Below, piece after piece: positions 9,711 through 18,540 of a DNA stretch of 64,000 nt. The stretch spans positions 7,345-71,344 of the forward strand of contig CAMZAD010000003.1 of NCBI GenBank assembly GCA_947304155.1, read 5' to 3'. The notes under the pieces are model-generated. The model saw nothing but the letters and a program-made list of their open reading frames with translations. It had not been told where the DNA came from and did no database searches. The DNA is from an uncultured Candidatus Saccharibacteria bacterium (lineage in GTDB: Bacteria > Patescibacteriota > Saccharimonadia > Saccharimonadales > Saccharimonadaceae). A program made the translations under genes and the position numbers. Positions within the stretch are counted from its first letter, which is position 1, and each line of letters opens with the position of its first letter.

Positions 9711-11345
9711 TTGAAACGCACAAAAAAAGACGGTTTTGGAAAACGAAATCGTCTTTTTGATGTGCTTTTCATGGTGATTTTAATCGCGATTTATTCGATT
9801 GTTAGTTTTATTAATCTTGGCGACTGGAATTCACCGCAAACTTTTTATAGGTTCGGGACAGGCGAGACGGTAAACTTTATTTTACCAGAGAAAACTGAAG
9901 TTTCCAGCATGATGATTTATGTTGGAACTTGTAATAATGATTTTAGCTTGAGCTATCGTTATTCGAGAAAAGATGCCGATAAAAGTAGCGATTTTTCGGA
10001 CGAGGATTTTTACGCTTTTCAGAGCACTGGAATAAGTGGGCCATTTAGATGGGAGCGGATTGGACTCGGTAAGACTGCGCGAGTTTTCTCAATCAAGAAC
10101 ACGAGTGGGCGCACGATTTACCTTGGCGAAGTGGCATTTATCAAGGATGGCACGCCAATCGGTGGTGTTGATGCACGAAAAATCGTAGCGTATCAGAGTG
10201 AGAACGACGACGCAAATGTTTTGACCGACGAACAGAGCTTAGTGCCAGAACAATCGAACTTCATGAATTCATCTTACTTTGATGAACTATATTTTGCACA
10301 GACTGCTTACCAATATGCGAACGGACAATATGGCTATGAAAATGTCCATCCACCGCTTGGAAAAATCTTGCAGTCTATCCCGATTACTTTAACCGGGCAC
10401 ATGTCGCCACTTACTTGGAGATTAGCCGGAAACATCGCGGGAATTCTAATAATTCTTGTAGTGTACTTTTTGGCAGAAGAGGTTTTTGGTAGCAAGAGCT
10501 ACGCGAGACTAGCGGCAGTTTTAGTTTCACTTTGTGGACTACATTTCGTGCAGACGAGGGTTGGGACGATTGATTCACATCTCTGTTTATTTACGGCACT
10601 GTCGTTCTTGTTTATGTTGAAATTTATTCATAAGGACAAGTGGCGATATTTCGTTTTGTCTGGACTTTTCTTTGGATGCGCGGCATCTGTAAAGTGGAGC
10701 GGGTTCTTTGGCGGAATTGGTCTTGCGATAATGTTCTTCTATCATATCTATAATACTCGCTTTAAGCTAAAAAAGAAGAAAGAAAGTGCCTTTGCAATTT
10801 TGATGGGCGCACTTTGTTTTGTGTTAGTTCCGGCCGTGATTTACTTTGGTTCGTATCTTCTTTTCCCTGCCACGACCAACGCAAAGTCGTTTAACGATGT
10901 GATTGCGCAAGGCAACCATCTTTACACTTTCCACGCCACACTTCAAGACAATCACCCATCTGCGTCTCCGTGGTTCTCGTGGCCAGTTTCTGGCAAGCCG
11001 TTCCTTTACTATTTGAACGATGGTAAGGTAATTAAGCTATTTGGCAATTATGTGATTTGTTATACTTCGCTTCTTGGCCTGGCGCTAACGGCATACTATG
11101 CAATTCGTAAAAAGGATAAGAAGTCCTGCTTCATGCTCGTGGCATTCTTGTCGCTACTCTTGCCATACATGTTTATTTCGCGCACAATGTATCTTTATCA
11201 TTATTTGCCGGCGAGTATTTTTGCGATTTTGATGCTCGTAAATGTCTTTAGGTTAGTGCCGGAAACAAGAAGATATATTTATTATTTCCTAGTAGCCGTA
11301 CTAGTTTGTTTCATCGTTTCCTACCCAGCGATGACTGGTGTTTAA
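9711..11345 (+). CDS. GT-C family (PMT/GT39-like) polyprenol-phosphate-sugar-dependent protein glycosyltransferase
   Basis: YFDELYFAQTAYQY...ENVHPPLGKIL loop (DE motif plus HPPLGK) followed by many TM segments. Start is uncertain: TTG 9711 just after the previous stop, or ATG 9771. The ORF-track start at 9627 overlaps the upstream gene. Confidence 0.75.
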   Translation: MKRTKKDGFGKRNRLFDVLFMVILIAIYSIVSFINLGDWNSPQTFYRFGTGETVNFILPEKTEVSSMMIYVGTCNNDFSLSYRYSRKDADKSSDFSDEDFYAFQSTGISGPFRWERIGLGKTARVFSIKNTSGRTIYLGEVAFIKDGTPIGGVDARKIVAYQSENDDANVLTDEQSLVPEQSNFMNSSYFDELYFAQTAYQYANGQYGYENVHPPLGKILQSIPITLTGHMSPLTWRLAGNIAGILIILVVYFLAEEVFGSKSYARLAAVLVSLCGLHFVQTRVGTIDSHLCLFTALSFLFMLKFIHKDKWRYFVLSGLFFGCAASVKWSGFFGGIGLAIMFFYHIYNTRFKLKKKKESAFAILMGALCFVLVPAVIYFGSYLLFPATTNAKSFNDVIAQGNHLYTFHATLQDNHPSASPWFSWPVSGKPFLYYLNDGKVIKLFGNYVICYTSLLGLALTAYYAIRKKDKKSCFMLVAFLSLLLPYMFISRTMYLYHYLPASIFAILMLVNVFRLVPETRRYIYYFLVAVLVCFIVSYPAMTGV

Positions 11346-12899
11346 TTATTTAATTTTATGAACTGAAAGATTTGGATTTTGCTCAACGAGCTCATATTTT
11401 TCAACCGATTCAAGGATGACTACCTCGCCGCTGCAGTTTACTCTAGTAGAATAGATGAAATAGATGTGGTCATATTTGTCGTAGAAGCGGGCGATAGCGG
11501 CGGCGATTTGATCGCTTGTAGCTTCATTAAAGTTTTGGCGCTTTAGAGCATCTTGATCATATTTTAAGTATTTTAGGTCGTTATAGAAAACGTCTTCTAG
11601 AATGTCATATTCAGTATAGTCTTTACCAAGAGAGGCACGTGTGGCTGGATTAAAGACCCTGTGACCGACAATATCTCCAACGATAAAGAGCGAGCCTTTT
11701 TCGTATCGCTTAACATTAATAGATGAGTTATTGCTGGCGTAGAAATGGTCATTTAAATCTCGGTATGCATTATAAAAACAAGATGGGATTGAGAATAGAA
11801 TTAGAAGTGTGAGGACGTAGTGGAAGAATGGTTTTTTGAGATTTGAATTTAAAAACTTTAAAGTCTCAATTTTATTTAGGAGCTTCGCAATTTTTGATTC
11901 CTTTTTTTCTGGCTCGAGATTAGAAATCCATAGAACGAGGAGCATCTCCAGAAGAAGTGTAGCAAATTTTTGTGGAAAGACGGCAAGGTTCGCATAGATA
12001 ATTGAGAAGCTTACAAGGAAGAACAAAATGCTACCAATTCCATAAAAAGCGTATTTCAGGCTGTTTGAGATAAGGCTCAAAATAAGGACGACGAAGATGA
12101 TTACAACCGCTGGAAGCATGATTTGATGATAAAACCCGACCGTCTCACCAATAATTGTCGCAATAAGATCTACAAAATTCTGAAAGATTGACATAGTAAA
12201 ACTCTGAGTAACAACACCGTGCTCAATTAACGTGCCAATAATAACAGGAACAACCGTAATGAATGATAGAATCTCTGGAATAAGGGCGGTGGCAATATTT
12301 GAGAGTTTCTGTTTTTTGTTCTGTTTGGTCTTTATTTCTTCAGCAATGAACCCGAGAGACAAGAGCCCGACGATGCCATACATCAGAATGTGGGTCTGGA
12401 GCATAAAAGCGAGCGCTAAGCCGTAAAAGAGTGGCTTTTTGTGGCGATTCTTATAAGCGAGACAGACGAGACAGACGGCAAGTGGGATTAAAGAGTAATC
12501 TCTTGCAATGACTGGCAAGAAATAGAAGAAGCAGGACGATAGCAAAAAGAAGGTTTTTGTTGGATACCCGAATGGCGCATATCTAAAGAAAAGGAAGACT
12601 GCGACGGCGACAAAGAATAGAGAGATGAAGCTCGCGGTAATTAGGGGGAAGCCGAGCTTAGAAAATGGAGCAAGGATGATTTGCCAAAGCAAAGGATGCG
12701 GCTCGACGGCATTTACTTCATAGATATTAGTTGGAGTGATTTTTTCAGAAAGAAGCCAAGAGATTGCCTCGTCATCCCAGGCTTCGTGAGTTAAAACTAG
12801 AGGAATGTGAATCAGGACAAAGATTGCCGCAGCAATGATTGCAATAAAAAGTTTGTGGACATTCGCCCAGTCCGCTATCTGTTTTAACCTCCTAAACAT
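11346..12899 (-). CDS. Polytopic membrane protein, probable GT-C-type glycosyltransferase
   Basis: N-terminal TM followed by THEAWDDEAISW (acidic first-loop motif as in GT-C enzymes), many TMs, and a soluble C-terminal domain. TATAAT lies 6 nt upstream of the ATG. Confidence 0.45.
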   Translation of the reverse strand: MFRRLKQIADWANVHKLFIAIIAAAIFVLIHIPLVLTHEAWDDEAISWLLSEKITPTNIYEVNAVEPHPLLWQIILAPFSKLGFPLITASFISLFFVAVAVFLFFRYAPFGYPTKTFFLLSSCFFYFLPVIARDYSLIPLAVCLVCLAYKNRHKKPLFYGLALAFMLQTHILMYGIVGLLSLGFIAEEIKTKQNKKQKLSNIATALIPEILSFITVVPVIIGTLIEHGVVTQSFTMSIFQNFVDLIATIIGETVGFYHQIMLPAVVIIFVVLILSLISNSLKYAFYGIGSILFFLVSFSIIYANLAVFPQKFATLLLEMLLVLWISNLEPEKKESKIAKLLNKIETLKFLNSNLKKPFFHYVLTLLILFSIPSCFYNAYRDLNDHFYASNNSSINVKRYEKGSLFIVGDIVGHRVFNPATRASLGKDYTEYDILEDVFYNDLKYLKYDQDALKRQNFNEATSDQIAAAIARFYDKYDHIYFIYSTRVNCSGEVVILESVEKYELVEQNPNLSVHKIK

Positions 12900-13010
12900 A
12901 CCTAGATTATACTTATACTAGATTTTTTTGTCAAAATATGTTATAATTTATTTAACTAACGTTCTGAGTTACAGGCCGAGATCTTTAAAAATCGAAGGGA
13001 GGAAAAAATT

Positions 13011-13850
13011 ATGAAGAGATTGGTGGTTTTTCTTGTAACAATGTTTTTTCTCACTGGTTTGATTTCCTGTACTAATAATGCAGACGAGACTAGTGGGAAT
13101 ATCGCCTCTTCAAGTTCAATCGTTTCTTCTGAGCCTGAGACCTCCTCTATTGAGGTGGCAGGCAGCTCGATTGAAACCATTGAAAGTATTGAAGAGAGTA
13201 GTAGTACTGTTGAGACGAAAGAATCAACAGAGGCTTCCACGGAGCCGACCGAGGAATCCACGCCGGAGCCTACAGAAGAGCCTTCTGTAGAGCCAACCAC
13301 GGAATCTACGCCGGAACCTACATCTACTCCGGAGCCGACGGCAACGCCGACGCCGAAGCCAACCGAGGAACCGACTACGGAATCCACACCAGAGCCTACT
13401 GTTCAGCCGACGGTTCAGCCGACCTCTACGCCGACCCCGACTTATTCCACCGCGCTTGAGAGTTACATTGCAGATGGTAATCTTACAGACTCCGAATGTA
13501 ATTCTTATGCTACTGGACTTGGCGCTACTCGATATGCAATGGGTAAAGATAGTATTCTGTTTATATTTGGGGAGTCCTACACAATGTCGCTTGGAACAAG
13601 TGCAGACTCTGGAGGTGTGTATATTGCTATTGGCCATTTCACAACTTTCACCTACGATGACCCATTAATCAACACTTACTACTGTGAGGCTGGAGCCGGC
13701 TCCAATTCTAAGCTACAAATCTTTAGTGATGGGACTTATTGCACGCTTGAAGAAGTAATCTACTTTGAAAAGCTTGTTAGTTACATGAAGTCTCATCCTG
13801 ACCCCTACACAAAACCTTCGCTTGACGGCGTAGAGTGGTGGGAATGGTAA
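13011..13850 (+). CDS. Lipoprotein with Ser/Thr/Pro/Glu-rich linker and a C-terminal globular domain
   Basis: Lipobox LTGLIS-C at residue 20, GGGAGG SD upstream, and a long (S/T)EP(T/S) low-complexity linker. Confidence 0.65.
   Translation: MKRLVVFLVTMFFLTGLISCTNNADETSGNIASSSSIVSSEPETSSIEVAGSSIETIESIEESSSTVETKESTEASTEPTEESTPEPTEEPSVEPTTESTPEPTSTPEPTATPTPKPTEEPTTESTPEPTVQPTVQPTSTPTPTYSTALESYIADGNLTDSECNSYATGLGATRYAMGKDSILFIFGESYTMSLGTSADSGGVYIAIGHFTTFTYDDPLINTYYCEAGAGSNSKLQIFSDGTYCTLEEVIYFEKLVSYMKSHPDPYTKPSLDGVEWWEW
13221..13448 (+). repeat. Low-complexity Pro/Thr/Glu-coding repeats (PEPT-type) within the lipoprotein gene
   Basis: Encodes STEASTEPTEESTPEPTEEPSVEPTTESTPEPTSTPEPTATPTPKPTEEPTTESTPEPTVQPTVQPTSTPTPT. 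Confidence 0.8.
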
Positions 13851-13863
13851 TTTAAGTACTCCT

Positions 13864-13894
13864 AAAACCCTCGTTATTTTAACGAGGGTTTTTA
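13864..13894 (+). terminator. Intrinsic terminator of the lipoprotein gene
   Basis: AAAACCCTCGTT-atttt-AACGAGGGTTTT hairpin with a trailing T-run. Confidence 0.8.
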
Positions 13895-13928
13895 GTGGTC
13901 TAGATTTTTGAAGAGGACCACTTAAAAC

Positions 13929-13957
13929 TTGACAAAAATAAAAATATACGATAAAAT
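13929..13957 (+). promoter_or_regulatory. Promoter of the initiator-like tRNA gene
   Basis: TTGACA 13929-13934, 17-nt spacer, TAAAAT 13952-13957, about 17 nt upstream of the mature tRNA 5' end. Confidence 0.6.
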
Positions 13958-13974
13958 AAGTGGGTATTTAACAT

Positions 13975-14051
13975 CGCGGGGTAGAGCAGCCTGGTAGCTC
14001 GTTTGGCTCATAACCAAAAGGTCGTTGGTTCAAATCCAACCCCCGCCACCA
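13975..14051 (+). tRNA. tRNA-Met (CAU), initiator type (tRNA-fMet-like), CCA encoded
   Basis: CGCGGGGTAGAGCAGCCTGGTAGCTCG...CTCATAA...GGTTCAAATCC...CCCCGCCACCA is very close to my recollection of E. coli tRNA-fMet. C1 is unpaired with C72, and A73-CCA is encoded. Confidence 0.85.
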
Positions 14052-14063
14052 CGCAAGAAGTGT

Positions 14064-14089
14064 AGCAAGCAAAAAAGCTTGCTTTTTTA
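14064..14089 (+). terminator. Intrinsic terminator after tRNA-fMet
   Basis: AGCAAGC-aaaaaa-GCTTGCT hairpin followed by TTTTT. Confidence 0.7.
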
Positions 14090-14097
14090 GTTGCTTG

Positions 14098-15396
14098 TTA
14101 GAAGTTTGATAAGTTTTCTGATTCGCCATTATTGGCATCGCCAGCACAGCCGCTAACCGTACCATTATTGGCAACCCAACAGTTCATTGTCACCCAGAAG
14201 AGTTTCTTCAAGGTCGAGTCTTCACCACCAGTAAGATTTAGCTCAAATTCCGGATATGGGAAGGTTGTGTCCGTTAAATCAATGCGAGCTTCTACGCGGC
14301 GATACAAATCATTAGCGCGACCGGTTGAATCTACTCTAGCTTGTAAACTTGTGAAGATAAAACGTTCACTCTCATTGAACTCTGAAGTTTTATACATCGC
14401 AAGCGATACATCAGTTTCTGGCTCACCGTATGGAAGTGATAAAATCAAGAACGTGGCATTAGTATTGCGCTTATTCGAGTTTTTGAAGGTTTTTGGCAAA
14501 GTAATTTCCGCATAGCACATCCAGTCATTATCTTCATTACATTTAATTCTATATGGCTCATTCATACCCTTGTTAGCTGAATTTCCCCATTCTGCGACCG
14601 GGACCGAGTTGGTCGCAGCGTTTTTATCTGGCACAAAGTAAAGCATGCCGGTATCGGTTTGGTTTGAAGCTTTTGAAACGGACAACTCAGAAAGATTAAA
14701 TTCCTCGTCTGCCTGAATTAATCTCACACTAAGTGTGGTTGGCATTTGTTGATCGCCATCGCAAGAACCGGCTCTATAGAAGTATTCTGGACAGAATTTA
14801 ATTGAATGACCAGCATCTGAATGAGCTTTAACGGCGTTGGCTTGTGAGAACCAACGAATCTTGATGTAAGCATCACCACTTTCAGTGAAGCCAGTAATTG
14901 GGATAACTCGCATACGGTTGTTTGAATCAAGTGTAGTGCGATAATCTTCAAGGTTTTCTTGGATTGTAACGCAGGTATAAGACTGGAGCATGTTTGCGTT
15001 GTTGCCAGTATCGCTCGAGTTCTGAGTTTCCTGAATCACAACGGCATTTTCGGTAGATTCGTTTGCTTCACGAGTTAAGACATTTTTAACCGTTGAACAA
15101 TCTTGATTTTTCATGCCTTCGGTCATGTGTTTAATAATCTCACCACAATAACCGGTTCCGGCAACATAACCGCGAGCAAGACAATCATGGTAACGCGTAA
15201 TTGCGATTTTTGCATCTTCAACACCAGCAAGAGCGGAGTCATAGGCGGACTGAGAAAGGTCGTTATTAGTCGTTTTGGTCGCTTCAGAAATCATTAGTCT
15301 CGTGAAGGCGAGAGTAATAATCGACAAAATGATAATCGAGAATACCACGATAAACATTGAAGCGCCGCCACGTTTTTTCTCTTGGAATGCTTTCAT
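14098..15396 (-). CDS. PilX-like / minor-pilin-like pilus assembly protein
   Basis: N-terminus KKRGGASMFIVVFSIIILSIITLAFTRLM resembles the PilX N-terminal domain. It is the last gene of the pilin-like operon. AAAGGAGAG SD upstream. Confidence 0.55.
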   Translation of the reverse strand: MKAFQEKKRGGASMFIVVFSIIILSIITLAFTRLMISEATKTTNNDLSQSAYDSALAGVEDAKIAITRYHDCLARGYVAGTGYCGEIIKHMTEGMKNQDCSTVKNVLTREANESTENAVVIQETQNSSDTGNNANMLQSYTCVTIQENLEDYRTTLDSNNRMRVIPITGFTESGDAYIKIRWFSQANAVKAHSDAGHSIKFCPEYFYRAGSCDGDQQMPTTLSVRLIQADEEFNLSELSVSKASNQTDTGMLYFVPDKNAATNSVPVAEWGNSANKGMNEPYRIKCNEDNDWMCYAEITLPKTFKNSNKRNTNATFLILSLPYGEPETDVSLAMYKTSEFNESERFIFTSLQARVDSTGRANDLYRRVEARIDLTDTTFPYPEFELNLTGGEDSTLKKLFWVTMNCWVANNGTVSGCAGDANNGESENLSNF

Positions 15397-15408
15397 ATCT
15401 CTCCTTTC

Positions 15409-16305
15409 CTACTTCTTTTCACCGAATGCCTGAATTGCAAAATTAAATTTATTGATTGCACAGTATGCAAAATCTGTCGAGATTCCATCTGGTGGGTCAG
15501 AACAGAAGTTGCCAGTAGCGTTGATATTAATTCCACCGCGTAAAGTTGCAAGAACGAAGGCTGCAGAATAAAAACCAGAGCTACTCATATTATGAACGGT
15601 TGGAGCAAAGACGGTAAAGTCATACAAAGCAATATCACTCTCAGCATAAGTTGAGCTATTAGTTTGGTCTAGGAGTTCGACGTGAACTGATGGAGTAATT
15701 GAAAGTTCATAAATCGGATTGTCGTCATAGGCGTAGGTATTTTCAAGCATATGTTCGCGACATAGTTTTCTATCTACGTCAGTTAACTTCAAAAGTTTGT
15801 ATTCTTGAGTACTATTGCTTCCGAGTTTAAATGAGCCTCTATAGCTACCAGAGCTAAGATGTTCATAGTCGGTATTATTAATAGCATAAGCTGTGTTCCA
15901 AATGTAACTATATTGACCAGTGCAAAGCACACCATTAGTTGGCACATATTCTTCAGTACTACCACCATTAGTTTTAATTTTCACTTTACCATAGCGCTGC
16001 TGATAAATTAGTTTTCTAGCGTTGTCATTTATACAACTTGTATAGGCCGTGCTGCTAGCTTCATATTGACTGAGACAAATATTCTGGACGGTACGTGGAG
16101 GAGTTGAAGCAATGGCACGAGATATATCGTCGATAATACTACGACCACTCGCGTTGATGGTTTTAATTGAAAGACCTTTTTGGTAAGTCGCGGTAATATG
16201 GATTGTCAAAAAACCAATCGTGAGCAGAAGAATCGAAATGAACGTCAATGCAAAAGTAAGCTCAATGAGCGTAAAACCATTTTTTCTTGATGTTTTATTT
16301 CTCAT
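15409..16305 (-). CDS. Type IV pilin-like protein (prepilin-type N-terminal cleavage/methylation motif), large modular pilin
   Basis: MRNKTSRKNG|FTLIELTFALTFISILLL. The start at 16305 is preferred because an SD (AGGAAAGG) lies upstream. The ORF-track start 16326 is also possible. Confidence 0.75.
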   Translation of the reverse strand: MRNKTSRKNGFTLIELTFALTFISILLLTIGFLTIHITATYQKGLSIKTINASGRSIIDDISRAIASTPPRTVQNICLSQYEASSTAYTSCINDNARKLIYQQRYGKVKIKTNGGSTEEYVPTNGVLCTGQYSYIWNTAYAINNTDYEHLSSGSYRGSFKLGSNSTQEYKLLKLTDVDRKLCREHMLENTYAYDDNPIYELSITPSVHVELLDQTNSSTYAESDIALYDFTVFAPTVHNMSSSGFYSAAFVLATLRGGININATGNFCSDPPDGISTDFAYCAINKFNFAIQAFGEKK

Positions 16306-16318
16306 ACTTCCCTTTCCT

Positions 16319-17152
16319 TTAATCATTTAGCATTTCTGGATTATACAAACGAATCGTAGTTGAAAGGACAGATGGTGTTTCGTGGCCAGGTGCAAACCAA
16401 CAAGTTCGAATATGATAATCAATAAATTCTGGAGTTTTGTCTACACCTTTAGTAACATCTCTTGATGCAATCACCCAAATACCTTCGGCCTTTTCTACTG
16501 TATCAAAGACTGCTGCATTTTGCATCGTGGCAGTGCCGCCAGTAGCACCACCGGCAGTATTTTCGGAAATTGCACCATCGTCATTAGTTTGGCCTGCGGC
16601 GTTCGAGAAAACTAATCGTGGATATACTGGTGCTTCAATGAATTTTTTCTGACCAACGTATTCATCGTCTGCTCTAATAATTGTAAAGTTAATATCGTTT
16701 GGATTTAGTTTTCTAGTATTAATCACAAAGGCGTGGTCTTTATAGATATTATGGATTGGATTGTCACTATTGTCTTTATCATAAAAAGCTGAACACTTGG
16801 TTGCGTTACTATATTTTGAGATTTCGGTTGGCAAGTTTACAGTACCGGTAGTTGTGCCTTCAATTGTGACGGAGTGGTCACGAGAAATGCGATACCATAA
16901 ACCTTGATAAGCGCGGTTATTTGGAGCTAGTTTGCTTTCAGAAAGATAGGCATTGTGGATGAAACGAATTGCCTCAGCTTGGGCATCAATTTCATTTCTA
17001 GCCATTTCGAGTTCCATCGCACCTTGGATTGCAGCAAGATCTTTATCCATAATTTGGAGCGACAAAACCGAGATTAGTGAAAATACGCCAATCGCAAAAG
17101 TCACTTCTATTAAAGTGTCACCTTTTTTAAGCCATTTCTTTACAAAGGACAT
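16319..17152 (-). CDS. Pilin-like protein with an atypical prepilin motif (G|DTLIEV)
   Basis: MSFVKKWLKKG|DTLIEVTFAIGVFSLISVL, with Glu at +5 and a hydrophobic helix. Overlaps the upstream gene by 13 nt. Confidence 0.65.
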   Translation of the reverse strand: MSFVKKWLKKGDTLIEVTFAIGVFSLISVLSLQIMDKDLAAIQGAMELEMARNEIDAQAEAIRFIHNAYLSESKLAPNNRAYQGLWYRISRDHSVTIEGTTTGTVNLPTEISKYSNATKCSAFYDKDNSDNPIHNIYKDHAFVINTRKLNPNDINFTIIRADDEYVGQKKFIEAPVYPRLVFSNAAGQTNDDGAISENTAGGATGGTATMQNAAVFDTVEKAEGIWVIASRDVTKGVDKTPEFIDYHIRTCWFAPGHETPSVLSTTIRLYNPEMLND

Positions 17153-18108
17153 TTCAACCTCGAATCTTCTTCCATTAATAGCTCAACTGATGTTTCAGAC
17201 ATACCACCTTTATAGGCTGCGCCACTATCATAAAGCCCGGATGAGCTGCTAATTCTAACTGCACGGCGTTGTTCATTAGATTGCAAGTCGTCTGAGCCAA
17301 TACAGAATTCAGTAGTTTGAGAAGTTTTCATTAAGTTGTTTTTAAGCGCGGTCATTAGGAGGTCATCTTTTCTGCTAGCAAAAGAAGTGCACGATGAGCC
17401 ATCTGGGAGAGCGGTATTAATATCATTAAGCCATTGTTGAATTTCAAGTGTGCCGGTGCCGGTATATTTAAATGAGCGAATAGTACCAGAAACTGGTGAG
17501 CGCACAATCATGATTGCGCCTTTATAAAGGTTTTTGTCGACAGTGGTATCCTCAATTCTTGCACCCCAACGCAAATCATAGGTATTCATATTGCCAGCAA
17601 GGCCGACTTTGCAAAGTGATTGATTAGTTTTTTGTGGCCTGATTGTAACGATGTTGGCTTGGACTTTTTCAAGCGCATCAATAGTATCGTCGAGACCACT
17701 AATGTCAATGTTATCAACAGAAGCTAGGCCAATAATATCATAGCGGTGGACTCTGCTAGAGTTCTGTTCGCCAAAGGTAACGAGTTGGCCGTAAACTGCA
17801 CAGTTAGTGCGGCCTGGATAATTATCTGAATCCGAGTTTTCTACGATAGTAGTTGAGCCACCAACAGTTTTATAGGCGCTCGAAATCGTACAATACTTGC
17901 TGCTTTCTTCATCTTTCTGACGAACGTTCTCAACGTTTGATGTTGCGGAGTAAGCGCTGCGTAAGTTTTCGACGAGATCGTTTAACGAATCAGTGTAGCG
18001 ACGATGGCTAACGGTTGATGAAATATTAACCATGATTGCTGCAAAGAAGAGACCAGAAATAGCCAAGAAAAGTGCAACTTCAATTAATGTAAAGCCTTTA
18101 GTTTTCAT
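17140..18108 (-). CDS. Type IV pilin-like protein (prepilin-type N-terminal motif)
   Basis: MKTKG|FTLIEVALFLAISGLFFAAIM. Start at 18108 is supported by a GAAAGGAAAA SD. The ORF-track start is 18147. Confidence 0.75.
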   Translation of the reverse strand: MKTKGFTLIEVALFLAISGLFFAAIMVNISSTVSHRRYTDSLNDLVENLRSAYSATSNVENVRQKDEESSKYCTISSAYKTVGGSTTIVENSDSDNYPGRTNCAVYGQLVTFGEQNSSRVHRYDIIGLASVDNIDISGLDDTIDALEKVQANIVTIRPQKTNQSLCKVGLAGNMNTYDLRWGARIEDTTVDKNLYKGAIMIVRSPVSGTIRSFKYTGTGTLEIQQWLNDINTALPDGSSCTSFASRKDDLLMTALKNNLMKTSQTTEFCIGSDDLQSNEQRRAVRISSSSGLYDSGAAYKGGMSETSVELLMEEDSRLKCPL

Positions 18109-18532
18109 TTGCAATTTTCCTTTCACAAAGTGTTTGGCGCGCGTCATAGTCTAACTCTTCTTCCATAGTCGTGATTTTATATTCATAAATGGCATAGAAC
18201 ATTTCCCTTGCGGTATTGTAGTAACCAATATTACAATAATAGACTGCACTGGCGAGACCATAATAATATTTATCTTTTACATCTCGGCTTTCCCAACCGT
18301 TCTTAAGCTCATTTTCGAGTTCTTTGTCGCGGCCTTTCGAATAATCATATTCGTCGACAGTGCGAAGAATCGCTTTGCGATGATAATTTGGGTCGTTGCC
18401 AGTGATTTTTTCGCTCACAGCCGGAAGAACCACAAATAACATTGCGACAAATAAGATGCTTAGTGTGATGATTATTTCGAAAAACATTTTTTTATAATTT
18501 ATCTCATCTTTTTTTGCGGTTTTTTTAACCAT
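18098..18532 (-). CDS. Small N-terminally anchored protein of the pilin operon, Tyr-rich, unknown function
   Basis: TM segment MFFEIIITLSILFVAMLFVVLPAV, AGGAGA SD upstream, and an 11-nt overlap with the downstream pilin gene. Confidence 0.5.
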   Translation of the reverse strand: MVKKTAKKDEINYKKMFFEIIITLSILFVAMLFVVLPAVSEKITGNDPNYHRKAILRTVDEYDYSKGRDKELENELKNGWESRDVKDKYYYGLASAVYYCNIGYYNTAREMFYAIYEYKITTMEEELDYDARQTLCERKIANEN

Positions 18533-18540
18533 TTCGTCTC

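Noticed and set aside
12956-13637. Antisense/alternative-frame ORFs (143 aa, 137 aa, 70 aa) over the lipoprotein gene, and the idea that the periodic PEPT-coding DNA could be a CRISPR-like array
   Set aside because: The periodicity is short, imperfect and in-frame coding low complexity (Pro/Thr/Glu) with no spacer-repeat structure. The shadow ORFs are products of that compositional bias.
13968-14174. 68-aa minus-strand ORF
   Set aside because: It lies antisense across the tRNA-fMet gene and its terminator, so it is a spurious shadow ORF.
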